Shown: one piece after another, positions 25,744 to 36,075 of the stretch
Layout of the letters: every line of letters begins with the position of its first letter
Position numbering within the stretch: position 1 is the first letter of the stretch
Source of the DNA: Nanobdellota archaeon
GTDB lineage: Archaea > Nanobdellota > Nanobdellia > Pacearchaeales > GW2011-AR1
Direction: 5' to 3'
Assembly (NCBI GenBank): GCA_038045825.1
Contig: JBBSXJ010000003.1
Coordinates: forward strand, 75,437 to 139,436
Length of the DNA: 64,000 bases
Position numbers and translations under genes: made by a program
The notes under the pieces: generated by a model
Told to the model about the DNA's origin: nothing
Databases searched by the model: none
The model's input: the letters and a program-made list of their open reading frames with translations, nothing else

Positions 25744-26951
25744 TAAATCTCAAGAACAAACTTGTTAGAGGAAGTTTAATGCTTCTATTTTTAGTTGGTA
25801 TTTTTAATATACTTAATTTTCTATACCATCTAATAATGGCAAGGATAATGCCTATAGAGGATTTTGGAATGCTTAAAAGAGTCTTTGCATTTTTGTATAT
25901 AGGGGCAATATTCATGGAATCTGTTCAGACTGTCGTTGTAAAATACGCTTCTAACTATAAACAAAACAATGGGAAACTTAAGAGTATATTTTTAAGAGTA
26001 AATAAGGAAATTATTCCTACAGCTATAGTTGTTGCTGTGATTTTCCTTATTTTATCTATATTTTTATCACCATTATTTAACATTGCATATTCTCTTCTTT
26101 TCGCTACATCAATATTTATAATATTTTCAATTTTTGTTCCAATAGCTAGAGGTATACTTCAAGGACAACAGAGGTTTCTAGCACTTGGATTGTCTATGTT
26201 AGGAGAAGCTTTTCTAAAAATAGGAGTTTCATTCTTTTTAGTGTATATTGGACTTGGAGTTCTTGGTGCTGTATGGGGTGTTGTAATAAGTCTTGTGTTA
26301 TCTCTAGGGATATCTCTTATTTTCATAAATAAAGTATTGTCTAGTAAAACAGAAAATGCTCCTCTCGAAGGAATAAGATCTTATAGCAAACCCGTGTTCT
26401 TAATAACATCTGCACTAATATTATTCATCAATATAGACATACTTATTGCAGGAAATATCTTTAGCGACTTTGATGCAGGAGTTTATGCAATAGCTTCTAC
26501 AATAGCTTTGATAATATTTATAGCAGTACAGCCTATAAACAAAGTATTATTCCCTATTACGGCTGTAGATTCTGCAAATAACAAACCATCAAGAAATAAT
26601 TTTGTACGTGCAATGATTCTAGTTTCTATAATATGCTTTGGAGCATTAATAATAATAATATTTTTTACAGAACAGATAATTTACTTAATATCTGGAAAGA
26701 TGTTACCTGAAGCAAAGATCCCTGCAGTGTTGCTTTCAGCTGGGACGACTCTTCTTTCTTTATCAAGCACCATATTATATTATAAATTATCATTAGGAAG
26801 AACAAGATATTATTTATGGTCTATGTTATTTTTATTAATTGAAATTGTTCTTTTGACTTTGATGAGTACAAGTCTTATTAATTACTCTTTAGGATTCTTG
26901 ATATCTAATGCTATATTCTTTATAGGCTCACTAATCTTACTTAGAAAATGA
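25740..26951 (+). CDS. oligosaccharide flippase (MOP/Wzx-like)
   Basis: 403 aa, ~12 TM, 4-nt overlap with aglB. Confidence 0.7.
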   Translation: MINLKNKLVRGSLMLLFLVGIFNILNFLYHLIMARIMPIEDFGMLKRVFAFLYIGAIFMESVQTVVVKYASNYKQNNGKLKSIFLRVNKEIIPTAIVVAVIFLILSIFLSPLFNIAYSLLFATSIFIIFSIFVPIARGILQGQQRFLALGLSMLGEAFLKIGVSFFLVYIGLGVLGAVWGVVISLVLSLGISLIFINKVLSSKTENAPLEGIRSYSKPVFLITSALILFINIDILIAGNIFSDFDAGVYAIASTIALIIFIAVQPINKVLFPITAVDSANNKPSRNNFVRAMILVSIICFGALIIIIFFTEQIIYLISGKMLPEAKIPAVLLSAGTTLLSLSSTILYYKLSLGRTRYYLWSMLFLLIEIVLLTLMSTSLINYSLGFLISNAIFFIGSLILLRK

Positions 26952-27739
26952 AAATAGGCATAATTATTCCGGCTCATAATGAAGAGAAAAGAATAGAAAA
27001 GAAACTTGAGAGTTATTCCCCATATTTTGCTAAAAAGAATAGAACTGATAATAATAATTATTCAATTTTGGTGGTTATAAATAAAACAGAGGATGGTACT
27101 GAACAAATAGTAAAGAATTTTATGAAAAAAGTAAGGAATGTGAGTTATATAAAATTTAAGAAGGGTGGAAAAGGTTTTGCAGTAACTGAGGGTTTCAAGC
27201 ATTTTATATCTAAAAAATTTGATATGGTTGGTTTTGTAGATGCGGATTTGGCAACATCTCCCGATGCATTTTATGATTTAGTTGAGAACATTAATGGTTA
27301 CTCAGGTATAATTGGGAATAGATGGTCTAAAAAATCTAAAATTTACAAGAAACAAGGCATGCTCAGAAGATCTGCAAGCAGAATATACAACTTTTTGATA
27401 AGAATAATGTTCTTCATGAAATACAGTGACACTCAATGTGGGGCAAAGCTGTTTAAAATAGAAGAATTAAAGAAAATAATAAACAAGATATTCATAACTC
27501 AATGGGCATTTGATATAAACATACTATATCTTTGTAAGCTAAATGGGCTTAGAATACTAGAATTTCCAACAGCATGGGCTGATGATGGGAACACAACAGT
27601 TGATACTATAAGAGCTTCGATAAAGATGTTTTCTGGAACTTTGAGATTAAGGCTTATTTATTCGCCTTTCAGCTTCGTTGTAAGAGCTTATGATAAACTA
27701 CCAAGAATATTAAAACTAAATCACACAATCATAGAATAA
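26948..27739 (+). CDS. GT2 glycosyltransferase, dolichyl-phosphate hexose synthase-like
   Basis: IIIPAHNEE...FVDADLATSP...DTQCGAKLF blocks typical of DPM1/AglD-like GT2. Confidence 0.8.
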   Translation: MKIGIIIPAHNEEKRIEKKLESYSPYFAKKNRTDNNNYSILVVINKTEDGTEQIVKNFMKKVRNVSYIKFKKGGKGFAVTEGFKHFISKKFDMVGFVDADLATSPDAFYDLVENINGYSGIIGNRWSKKSKIYKKQGMLRRSASRIYNFLIRIMFFMKYSDTQCGAKLFKIEELKKIINKIFITQWAFDINILYLCKLNGLRILEFPTAWADDGNTTVDTIRASIKMFSGTLRLRLIYSPFSFVVRAYDKLPRILKLNHTIIE

Positions 27740-28746
27740 TGGAAGAACCAGAAATTCTTATCATCCATTTGAATGGAGAAAAAGTAATAGATAACTGCTT
27801 AAATTCTATATATAAAGATGACAGAATGGCAAATGTAAGCTTGCTTTTTAATCAAACTACCGATAATTCAATTGAAGTTGTTAAAAAGAAGTATACTGAT
27901 GCAAAAATTCATATAACTGATAAGAGAATGGGTTTTGCAGAAGCATCAAACTACTTAGCTAAAAAATCAAAGTCAAAATATGTCATATTTCTTAACAATG
28001 ATACAATTGTAGGAAAAGGATGGAAGTCTGAAATGTTAAAAACATTAAAAAAAAATAAAAAATGCATAGCAGTTCAATCAAAAATAAGATCTTATTATCA
28101 AAAAGATCATTTTGAAAATGCGGGTGCTGCAGGGGGGTTTATTGATAAATATGGATATCCTTTCTGCAGAGGTAGAATTTTTGAAAGTGTTGAAAAAGAT
28201 AAAGGACAGTATAATGATGAAATAAGAATATTCTGGGGTTGCGGTGTATCTCTTCTTGTTGATAGGAAAGAGTTTGTTAGGTTAGGAATGTTCGATGAGT
28301 CATTTTTTATGTATGCTGAAGAACTTGATTTTTGCTGGAGAGCTAATAACAAAGAAAAAGAAATATGGTATTCTCCAAAATCAGTTATTTATCATATGGG
28401 GAGCTTTAGTGTGAAAGAAGAGAAAATAAACTTTAAGAAAGAATATCTTATTTCAAGAAACCATTACCTTGCTTTAATGAAAAATAACCCTTTTCCAGCA
28501 CGTTTATGGCTTTTATTAGGAAAGACTATGCTTGAATTAATATCATTAGCTAGATTTCCAATAAAGAGAGGGTTACCTTTTTTGATGAGTTTCCCATATC
28601 TAATATATTATTTAATTTCAAATCATAACAAGATGCACCACCATAAAATAACCGCAGATGTAAAGAAGATGATTTATCCAAGAAGTATAGCATTAAACCA
28701 TTTTATACGCAATAAAAAGACATTTAAAGATCTATATTTTGCGTGA
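27739..28746 (+). CDS. GT2 glycosyltransferase
   Basis: FLNNDT and EELDFCWR blocks. Confidence 0.8.
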   Translation: MEEPEILIIHLNGEKVIDNCLNSIYKDDRMANVSLLFNQTTDNSIEVVKKKYTDAKIHITDKRMGFAEASNYLAKKSKSKYVIFLNNDTIVGKGWKSEMLKTLKKNKKCIAVQSKIRSYYQKDHFENAGAAGGFIDKYGYPFCRGRIFESVEKDKGQYNDEIRIFWGCGVSLLVDRKEFVRLGMFDESFFMYAEELDFCWRANNKEKEIWYSPKSVIYHMGSFSVKEEKINFKKEYLISRNHYLALMKNNPFPARLWLLLGKTMLELISLARFPIKRGLPFLMSFPYLIYYLISNHNKMHHHKITADVKKMIYPRSIALNHFIRNKKTFKDLYFA

Positions 28747-28749
28747 TTT

Positions 28750-29712
28750 ATGGCAAAACAATTTACCATAGTAATTCCTACTTACAATGAGTCTAGAGAT
28801 ATAAAAGAATGTCTTGAATCTATTTCAAAGCAGACTTATGATAAGAAGAACTTTGAAGTAATAATAGTGGATAATTATTCTACTGATGATACTGTAAAGA
28901 TAGCAAAAAGTTATTCTAAAAGAATAGACATAAAAGTAATTTTCAATAAAATAAAAGATGCTGAGGTAAGCAAAATGAAGGGCTTTAGAGAGGCTAAAGG
29001 CGAGTATTTTATGTATATGGATGCTGATATGGCCTTTAGCGATAAACAATTTATAGAAAAAATGACTTTTCCACTGAGAGAAGACAAGAAAATATCAGGA
29101 GTTTTTGTTAGATTTCTGGTAAATCCAAAACATCCTCCATTAACAAGAACGCTTTCTTATGATCCTTGGCAAAGAGATCCTATATTCAGATTTTTCACAG
29201 CATCACCTAATGATATAATAGTTCAAAAGAATAAAGATTACTTTATATGTAAGGTCACTAAAGAAAAAATGCCTCCGCAAGGTTTAATGATATACAGGAA
29301 GAAAATAATAGAGAATTATGCAAAAGACAAAAGACAATTGATAGATAATGATATACCTGTAGCTATATTCAATGAGGGTTATGACAAGTTTGCTTATGTT
29401 CCTCAAACAGGAATTTATCATAAATTATTAAGAACTTTGAAAGAGCTATCAAGGAAAAGAATAAGAAACCTTAGAAGAACATATTTTCCAAATCAAGAAA
29501 AAAGATTGTTTAAATGGATTGACTGGAAAAAAGACTGGCCAAGAATTGGAATATGGTTAATTTACACTGCTTCTTTTGCATTACCAATTATTAATTCAAT
29601 ATATAAAACCTTAAAATACAAAGATTCCTGCTTCTTAAACGAGCCTGCAATAAACATAGTTTCAACAGGGTCTATAGTCTATAGTGTACTCAAAAATGCA
29701 AAAACAAGATAA
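28750..29712 (+). CDS. GT2 glycosyltransferase
   Basis: IVIPTYNESRDIKECLESISKQTY...IIVDNYSTDDT, MDADM. Confidence 0.8.
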   Translation: MAKQFTIVIPTYNESRDIKECLESISKQTYDKKNFEVIIVDNYSTDDTVKIAKSYSKRIDIKVIFNKIKDAEVSKMKGFREAKGEYFMYMDADMAFSDKQFIEKMTFPLREDKKISGVFVRFLVNPKHPPLTRTLSYDPWQRDPIFRFFTASPNDIIVQKNKDYFICKVTKEKMPPQGLMIYRKKIIENYAKDKRQLIDNDIPVAIFNEGYDKFAYVPQTGIYHKLLRTLKELSRKRIRNLRRTYFPNQEKRLFKWIDWKKDWPRIGIWLIYTASFALPIINSIYKTLKYKDSCFLNEPAINIVSTGSIVYSVLKNAKTR

Positions 29713-30340
29713 AATTAGACTATATGGAAGAGAAAGAGTTTGTTCATCTATAATAGATACAAAAATTAAAGGAAAAACTCTCAATATAGGCGCAGGTGAA
29801 ATGCAATGGATTGAAAATCAACTATTCTTAAATAATAAAGACTTTATTTCTTCTGATCTTGATAAAAAGAATCTTGGTACAAGCAATAAGTCAATTAACA
29901 AAGTCCAGTGCGATGCAACAAAATTACCTTTCAAAAATAATTACTTTTCGCAAATTATAATCCTTGATGTTCTTGAACATATAAAAGATCATGAGAAAGC
30001 TCTTGAAGAAATAAATAGAGTTCTAAAAAAGGGAGGAAGATTAGCAATATGTGTCCCTAATGACACAACATTAAGCTACTTTAACCCTGTTCGTTATGTT
30101 CAACATGAAAGGCACTATACAATAGACAAAATTACCTCTTTTCTTAAGAAAAAAGGCTTTGGTGTAAGAAACATCTTCGCTGGAGGGGGAATATTTGAGC
30201 TTGTGGCACTTTATCTTCACTTCTTTACAAAATACATTCTTGGGAGAAAGATTGAATTTTTTAACAATCTTAGAGACAAAGAATATATTAAGCATAAAAA
30301 AAACGGGAATGAGATAGCTATTTTAGCAACTAAACTTTAA
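29684..30340 (+). CDS. class I SAM-dependent methyltransferase
   Basis: LNIGAGE (motif I) and ILDVLEHI...VLKKGGRLAICVPN. An alternative start at 29696 would shorten the overlap. Confidence 0.75.
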   Translation: MYSKMQKQDKIRLYGRERVCSSIIDTKIKGKTLNIGAGEMQWIENQLFLNNKDFISSDLDKKNLGTSNKSINKVQCDATKLPFKNNYFSQIIILDVLEHIKDHEKALEEINRVLKKGGRLAICVPNDTTLSYFNPVRYVQHERHYTIDKITSFLKKKGFGVRNIFAGGGIFELVALYLHFFTKYILGRKIEFFNNLRDKEYIKHKKNGNEIAILATKL

Positions 30341-31812
30341 ACTCTTTTGTAGATTATAACTGCTGGCTGCTTCTGTTCGGCATCGAAGAAAAATACTTTT
30401 ACTGGAACTAATTTGCCATCCGCTACAATAGAGTTCACGTAGTTTACTACTTTTTCGTTTGGTTGGTGTATTCCATTAAGGACAACATAATCAGCTTCTA
30501 AGCTAAAGTTTGTAAAATCTAAATCTTGAGGTAATACTTGAAATCTTCTATTTGCATAATATATAGTATATGGTTCTGCCCAGTCTCCTGTAATTATGCT
30601 ATTTTCGGGAGTGTTGTAATTTATCCATTCATATGCTTCTTTCATTTGTTTATATGACTCTTTTTTGTCTAATATCATGCTATTTGCAAAAGTTATATTG
30701 GCATATGCTGACCAAATTATTAAAATTAAACAAACTATGGCTGCAAATTCTTTTCTATATTTTGAAAGAGTGTTATAAACATAAGATAATGTTAAAGCTG
30801 GTAGAATAAACAATATGCTTGACAGACCAAACAGATACCTATCTTCTGCAGCTTTTATAACAAATATAAAGAATGATAAAACTAAAACAAATAATATTAA
30901 GTTAAATAAGTGCATCTTTGATTCTTTGTTCTTTGATATAAATCCATAACTAATTGAAAGTTTTGTCACAACTAAAATTAAACCTGCATAAAATAAATAA
31001 ACTAATGGTGAACGCAGGATATGTTTTATGAATCCAAGAGTATACCATGCAAAAACTGCTTTTTCTCCAGCGCTTGAAGCATAAGTCGCACTTGCAGGTA
31101 AAAGTGAACCATGATTAATCAAATTAATTATTATAAATAAGATTAATGGTATTGCTCCGATCACCCCACCAATAAAGAACTTCTTATTTTTAAATAGGCT
31201 AGTTTTATGGATGAATATTAAGAATAAAACATATGCAAAAGCAATAACTGCATGAGAATATCTGAAAAGAACAGCCAATGCTAGAAATAATACTGAAAGT
31301 GTCCAATTTTTAATTGATAGTGAATCATGTGATTTGATAAAGAAGTATATGCTTGCTAAAATAAGACACATTGATGGGATATCAGTCATAGCTCTTACAG
31401 CATAGAATAAGTGAATCCAACATGCTGATGCGAAAATAGAAGCAATTATTCCAACCTTAGCACCATACATTTCTTTACCAATTAAATAAACTAAGAATAT
31501 TGAAATTATCGAAGGGATTATATTTGTAATAAGTATTACTGAATAGTCTGAACCACCAAGCCTAAGAATGAAGCTCCAAATTAAAGGAAATAATGGAGGG
31601 CGTATGATTGATTCATTCACAATAAAAGGCAAATTATCCCACATATGATATATTATATTCTTGGCCAAACTTCCATAGGCTAGTGAGTCCCACCAATGAG
31701 CTTGGTTTTTAGCTATGTTAAGAAAATAGAATCTAAGTGTTGCTCCAAATATTACTATTGCATATAAAATGTAATTTATATTTTTTTCAATAATATTCTT
31801 TATTTCTTTCAT
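30337..31812 (-). CDS. GT-C membrane glycosyltransferase (GT39 / ArnT-PMT-like)
   Basis: 491 aa, >10 TM, N-terminal AHWWDSLAYG loop, soluble C-terminal domain. Confidence 0.6.
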   Translation of the reverse strand: MKEIKNIIEKNINYILYAIVIFGATLRFYFLNIAKNQAHWWDSLAYGSLAKNIIYHMWDNLPFIVNESIIRPPLFPLIWSFILRLGGSDYSVILITNIIPSIISIFLVYLIGKEMYGAKVGIIASIFASACWIHLFYAVRAMTDIPSMCLILASIYFFIKSHDSLSIKNWTLSVLFLALAVLFRYSHAVIAFAYVLFLIFIHKTSLFKNKKFFIGGVIGAIPLILFIIINLINHGSLLPASATYASSAGEKAVFAWYTLGFIKHILRSPLVYLFYAGLILVVTKLSISYGFISKNKESKMHLFNLILFVLVLSFFIFVIKAAEDRYLFGLSSILFILPALTLSYVYNTLSKYRKEFAAIVCLILIIWSAYANITFANSMILDKKESYKQMKEAYEWINYNTPENSIITGDWAEPYTIYYANRRFQVLPQDLDFTNFSLEADYVVLNGIHQPNEKVVNYVNSIVADGKLVPVKVFFFDAEQKQPAVIIYKRV

Positions 31813-32969
31813 CGTCTTTTGTGTAATTCTTCATTCATAAGTTTATCTAGTTTTAATATAATCATATTCCAATTAAATTTAGATGCAAATTCTATTGAAT
31901 TTTTCATTACAAGTTTTAGATCTGATTTGCTAAGACCGCTAATGTAATTTAACAAATTTGGTAAAGATTCTTTATTTTTAAGGCTAAAAATAAATCCGTT
32001 TGATTTATTTTTTATTAAATCAGATATTCCTTCTACATCAGATCCAATACATACTCTTCCGCGGGCCATTGCTTCTATAAGAGACTGAGGCATACCTTCT
32101 CTTTTACTTGGAAGAATGAATAACATTGCTGAATCTATTTTTTTAATTTTCTTAGTTAAATCGTAAACTGGGTCAGAGAAAGATACTCTTTTGTTTAACC
32201 ATTCAGATTTTACTAGACTTTCAAGTTCTTTCTTGTAGTTTCCTTCTGAAGGACCTGTAATATCTAAAGAATAATTTTTTGTTTTACTTAATGATAATAT
32301 TACTAAACTTAGATTCTTTACAGGAGATATTCTTCCAAGAAATAAAATCTTGTTGTTTTCGTTATGAGGTGGACTTGACTTGAAGAACGCTTCTGGTACT
32401 CCATTGGGAAGGTAGAATAGTTTACTTCTTTTTAGCCCTAGTTTGAGTAAATAAGGAATTTCCCAATTTGAAATATTTATTACTTTATCAAACTTGTTTA
32501 TTGTTTTTCTACCTATAAAGAAATCATATAATTTTACAGCAGTTTTTGCAATAATTCCACTTTCAGAGTTATCATTATTAAATGGAGCGTGTGTTACTAA
32601 TAAAACTGTACAATTCTTTCCTTTTTTTTCAAGAATTTTTCTTATTTTTAATGCAGATGTTGTATGTGGATGTCTATATACATGAGCTATTATTATATCA
32701 GGAGCATATTCTAATGCCTCTTTAATAAAATCCCAATACATGAATGATTCTCCTCCTAATTTCACATAAGGAAAGCGTTTTACTCTGACTTTATTGATTG
32801 TTTCGCTAGATTTGGCTTTTCCCTTACTTCCTTTTATTGCGTTTGAAGAAAAAACTCTAACTTCGTAACCTAAATCTGATAATCTAGACGATTCTTCCTT
32901 AACCCTATTCCAGACTCCACAAATTCCTTCAGAAAAGTGACACAACTCAAGAATCTTGATTTTACCCAT
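31809..32969 (-). CDS. GT4 (GT-B) glycosyltransferase
   Basis: EGMPQSLIEAMARGRVCIGSDVEGISDLI (E-x7-E region). Confidence 0.8.
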   Translation of the reverse strand: MGKIKILELCHFSEGICGVWNRVKEESSRLSDLGYEVRVFSSNAIKGSKGKAKSSETINKVRVKRFPYVKLGGESFMYWDFIKEALEYAPDIIIAHVYRHPHTTSALKIRKILEKKGKNCTVLLVTHAPFNNDNSESGIIAKTAVKLYDFFIGRKTINKFDKVINISNWEIPYLLKLGLKRSKLFYLPNGVPEAFFKSSPPHNENNKILFLGRISPVKNLSLVILSLSKTKNYSLDITGPSEGNYKKELESLVKSEWLNKRVSFSDPVYDLTKKIKKIDSAMLFILPSKREGMPQSLIEAMARGRVCIGSDVEGISDLIKNKSNGFIFSLKNKESLPNLLNYISGLSKSDLKLVMKNSIEFASKFNWNMIILKLDKLMNEELHKRR

Positions 32970-33028
32970 GTTATTTTGAGGAAAACCGGTTTAAAAAGCT
33001 TTTAAACATCAGCAAATCTAACATATTA

Positions 33029-33886
33029 ATGGTTGAAGGACTTGTTTCTGTGATAATTCCAATGTATAATGAAGAAAAAGACATAGTTTCCTGTCTTTCA
33101 AGCCTAAAAAAGCAATCACATAAGAATATCGAGATTATTTTAGTTGATGATGGTAGTACTGATAGGACAGTTGAGGTAGCAAAACAACAAGCTATTAAAG
33201 ATAAGATTAAAATAACAATATTAAACCAAAAACATGGGGGGCCAGGCAAAGCCAGAAATCTTGGAGCTTCTAAAGCAAATGGAGAGATATTAGTTTTTGT
33301 TGATTCGGATATGACTTTTGATAAAGATTATATAAAAAACCTAATCAAACCAATTAATAGAAAAGTCATTGGGACAACTCATGACTTTGAAATTGTAAGA
33401 AATACTAAAAATATATGGAGTAAATGTTGGGGCAGGGTAAGAGTATCTCCCAAGAATGCTTATGAAGTAAAGATATTCAGAGCAATTAATAGAAAGAAAT
33501 TTCTAGAATTGGGAGGGTTTGACCCTAAATATGGGTATGCTGATGATCAGACATTTTGGTTCAAAAATGAAATTAGACCAAATGTTGCCTCAAATACAAA
33601 GTGTTACCATAAAAATCCTGAAAGACTGAAACAAGTATATTCTCAAAGTCGCTGGATTGGAGCTTCTACTAAGACTCCTCTTGAAAATACAAGTCTTAGA
33701 AAAATTGAACCATTCATGATGATTCTTATTTCCCCTATATTAATAGTATTCTTTTCTATAAAAAAATGTTTTACTATTAAAAAGATATCCATTTTCCCAG
33801 TTATGCTTATATTTATGACTGCTAGATACCTTGGTACAATAGCTGGTTTATTTAGAGCACGTTATATACAAATTAACTACAGATAA
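33029..33886 (+). CDS. GT2 glycosyltransferase
   Basis: VSVIIPMYNEEKDI...ILVDDGSTDRT, VDSDM. Confidence 0.8.
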   Translation: MVEGLVSVIIPMYNEEKDIVSCLSSLKKQSHKNIEIILVDDGSTDRTVEVAKQQAIKDKIKITILNQKHGGPGKARNLGASKANGEILVFVDSDMTFDKDYIKNLIKPINRKVIGTTHDFEIVRNTKNIWSKCWGRVRVSPKNAYEVKIFRAINRKKFLELGGFDPKYGYADDQTFWFKNEIRPNVASNTKCYHKNPERLKQVYSQSRWIGASTKTPLENTSLRKIEPFMMILISPILIVFFSIKKCFTIKKISIFPVMLIFMTARYLGTIAGLFRARYIQINYR

Positions 33887-33916
33887 TCTTATATATCGAT
33901 CTGGAATATTCGGATT

Positions 33917-35653
33917 ATGCGTATTCTTGGGTTAAATATAGGTCATGGATCTAGTGTAGCTTTACTTGAGAATGGTCAAATAATTAAAGCTGTTTCTGAA
34001 GAGAGGTTCTCAAGAATAAAAAATCACTCTGGTCTCCCCGTCCAATCTATAAAGTGGATTTTGGAAAGCGAAAAAATAAAAATAAAAGATATTGATTTGA
34101 TAGTTTTAGATGATCATTACTCTTTAAATAATAACCCTTATTTTAGCCAAAATTTTATTGAATCTTATAAAAATAAGAGTTTAAGTAAAAAAATAATTTC
34201 CAACATAGCTTACAATTTTCCAAAATTTTATAGTAAGCTGAGCACGATAAAAAATAATTTATCTAAAAGAGGAAGAGAAATGAAAGAGTTGAGAAATGGA
34301 GTTGCTAATATGCTCAACTACCCTTTAAATAAAATAATATTATTGGACCATCATCGGGCTCATGCTTTTTCTACAGTATCTAATTTAGGAGAAAAAGATT
34401 GGTTAGTTCTAACTTTAGATGGGGAAGGTTCTGGTTTTTGTGCTAGTGTAAATATTTTTAAAAATGGGCAAATTAAAACAATTTCAAAGACTCCTAAATC
34501 TGCTTCTCTAGGTTATTTTTATGCTTTGGCTACAATGCATATGGGCCTTAAGCCTTTAGAACATGAATTCAAAGTGATGGGTCTTGCACCATATGCTAAA
34601 AAAGAACATATTAATAATAATTACCATCTAGTAGATAACTTGTTTAAGATAGATGATAATCTTTCATTTAATTCGAAGTTTAGTATGCAGTTTGCAGATA
34701 TTTTCTTTAAGAAAGAAATGCAAGGAATAAGATTTGATACTTTTGCTGGCATAGTTCAAAAGCTTACCGAGGACAAGATAATAGAGTGGGTAAAAACTGC
34801 TATTAAAAGAACAGGCATAAAGAGAATTGCGCTTTCAGGAGGAGTTTTCATGAATGTTAAAGTTAATCAAAAGATAGCCGAATTACCAGAGGTGAAGGAG
34901 ATATTCATCACTCCAAGTTGCGGGGATGAATCAAATGCTATGGGGTCTTGTTGGTATGGATATTATGTATATTGCAATAAAAATAATTTAGAATTTTCTC
35001 CTAAAAGACTAAATGGATTATATCTTGGACCAGAATATGAAGAAGAATACATTAAAACAATGATAAAAAGGGATAAATTAGAAGATAAATATATTATAAC
35101 TAAGCCAAAGGATATTGAAAAGAAGATTGCTCAGCTACTTGCTAATGGACAAATTGTTGCTAGGCTTGCTGGAAAGAGTGAATGGGGAGCTAGGGCACTC
35201 GGAAACAGATCAATTTTAGCAAACCCCTCTGATCCAGGCACAATTAGAATTCTTAATGAAACAATAAAAGATAGAGATTTCTGGATGCCCTTTACCCCAA
35301 GCTTAATAGAGGAATATTCTGAAAAATATATATCTAACCAAAAAAAAATTGATGCTCCTTATATGGTAATTACTTTTGACTCTTTAAAGGATGCAAAAGC
35401 TGATCTTCCTGCTGCAATACACCCTTATGATCTGACAGTTAGACCACAAATAGTATATAAATTGATGAATCCCTCATATCATAAAATAATATCTGAATTC
35501 GCAAAACTTACTGGAAAGGGAGCTATACTCAATACTTCTTTCAACCTTCATGGACAACCTAATGTCCTTACTCCAGAAGATGCTGTATATACAGTGGACA
35601 ATTCTTCACTAAAATTTGTTATAATTAATGATTATTTATTTAAAAAAATTTAG
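33917..35653 (+). CDS. carbamoyltransferase (NodU/CmcH family), copy 1
   Basis: MRILGLNIGHGSSVALLENGQIIKAVSEERFSRIKNH N-terminus and C-terminal GAILNTSFNLHGQP. Confidence 0.85.
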   Translation: MRILGLNIGHGSSVALLENGQIIKAVSEERFSRIKNHSGLPVQSIKWILESEKIKIKDIDLIVLDDHYSLNNNPYFSQNFIESYKNKSLSKKIISNIAYNFPKFYSKLSTIKNNLSKRGREMKELRNGVANMLNYPLNKIILLDHHRAHAFSTVSNLGEKDWLVLTLDGEGSGFCASVNIFKNGQIKTISKTPKSASLGYFYALATMHMGLKPLEHEFKVMGLAPYAKKEHINNNYHLVDNLFKIDDNLSFNSKFSMQFADIFFKKEMQGIRFDTFAGIVQKLTEDKIIEWVKTAIKRTGIKRIALSGGVFMNVKVNQKIAELPEVKEIFITPSCGDESNAMGSCWYGYYVYCNKNNLEFSPKRLNGLYLGPEYEEEYIKTMIKRDKLEDKYIITKPKDIEKKIAQLLANGQIVARLAGKSEWGARALGNRSILANPSDPGTIRILNETIKDRDFWMPFTPSLIEEYSEKYISNQKKIDAPYMVITFDSLKDAKADLPAAIHPYDLTVRPQIVYKLMNPSYHKIISEFAKLTGKGAILNTSFNLHGQPNVLTPEDAVYTVDNSSLKFVIINDYLFKKI

Positions 35654-36027
35654 GCTGACTTTTTGATATTGTTTATGCTATCCACAATAGCCCTTAGATT
35701 CTTATCCCTAACATCATTCTCTTTTTCTTCAGTTTTAATATCCCACTCTGCTACAATTGAATCTTCAAGACCTATAAATGCGTGAGGAACTAATTTTGGT
35801 AATTTTCCCGCATATCCTTTGTTACAAATCTGTTCTTTATCTCCGAGAATTAATTTTATTTTACCATTTATAACTACAAGCCATTCATCTTCTGTATGGA
35901 AACAACCTCCACGAGCAAAACCCTCTTTTAACTCAAGAAAAGTAAATTCTCTATTTTCTTGTAAAAGCCCCTTAACTGCTTTTATATATCCTCTTTCATC
36001 GTTGTGTATATGAACTATTTCTACCAT
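35650..36027 (-). CDS. cupin-fold sugar isomerase/epimerase-like protein (WxcM/FdtA- or RmlC-like)
   Basis: 125 aa; NDERGYI and ARGGCFHTEDEWLVVINGKIKL resemble D-x-RG / RG-x-H-x-H cupin sugar enzymes. Confidence 0.55.
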   Translation of the reverse strand: MVEIVHIHNDERGYIKAVKGLLQENREFTFLELKEGFARGGCFHTEDEWLVVINGKIKLILGDKEQICNKGYAGKLPKLVPHAFIGLEDSIVAEWDIKTEEKENDVRDKNLRAIVDSINNIKKSA

Positions 36028-36075
36028 AAAATTTTATTATTTTTAGGTAATTAAACTTATCTATTATTTAGTGTG

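Noticed and set aside
32971-33249. 92-aa minus-strand ORF overlapping the start of the GT2 gene at 33029
   Set aside because: It overlaps a well-supported GT2 gene. Its Cys/Phe/Ile-rich translation looks like an antisense artefact.
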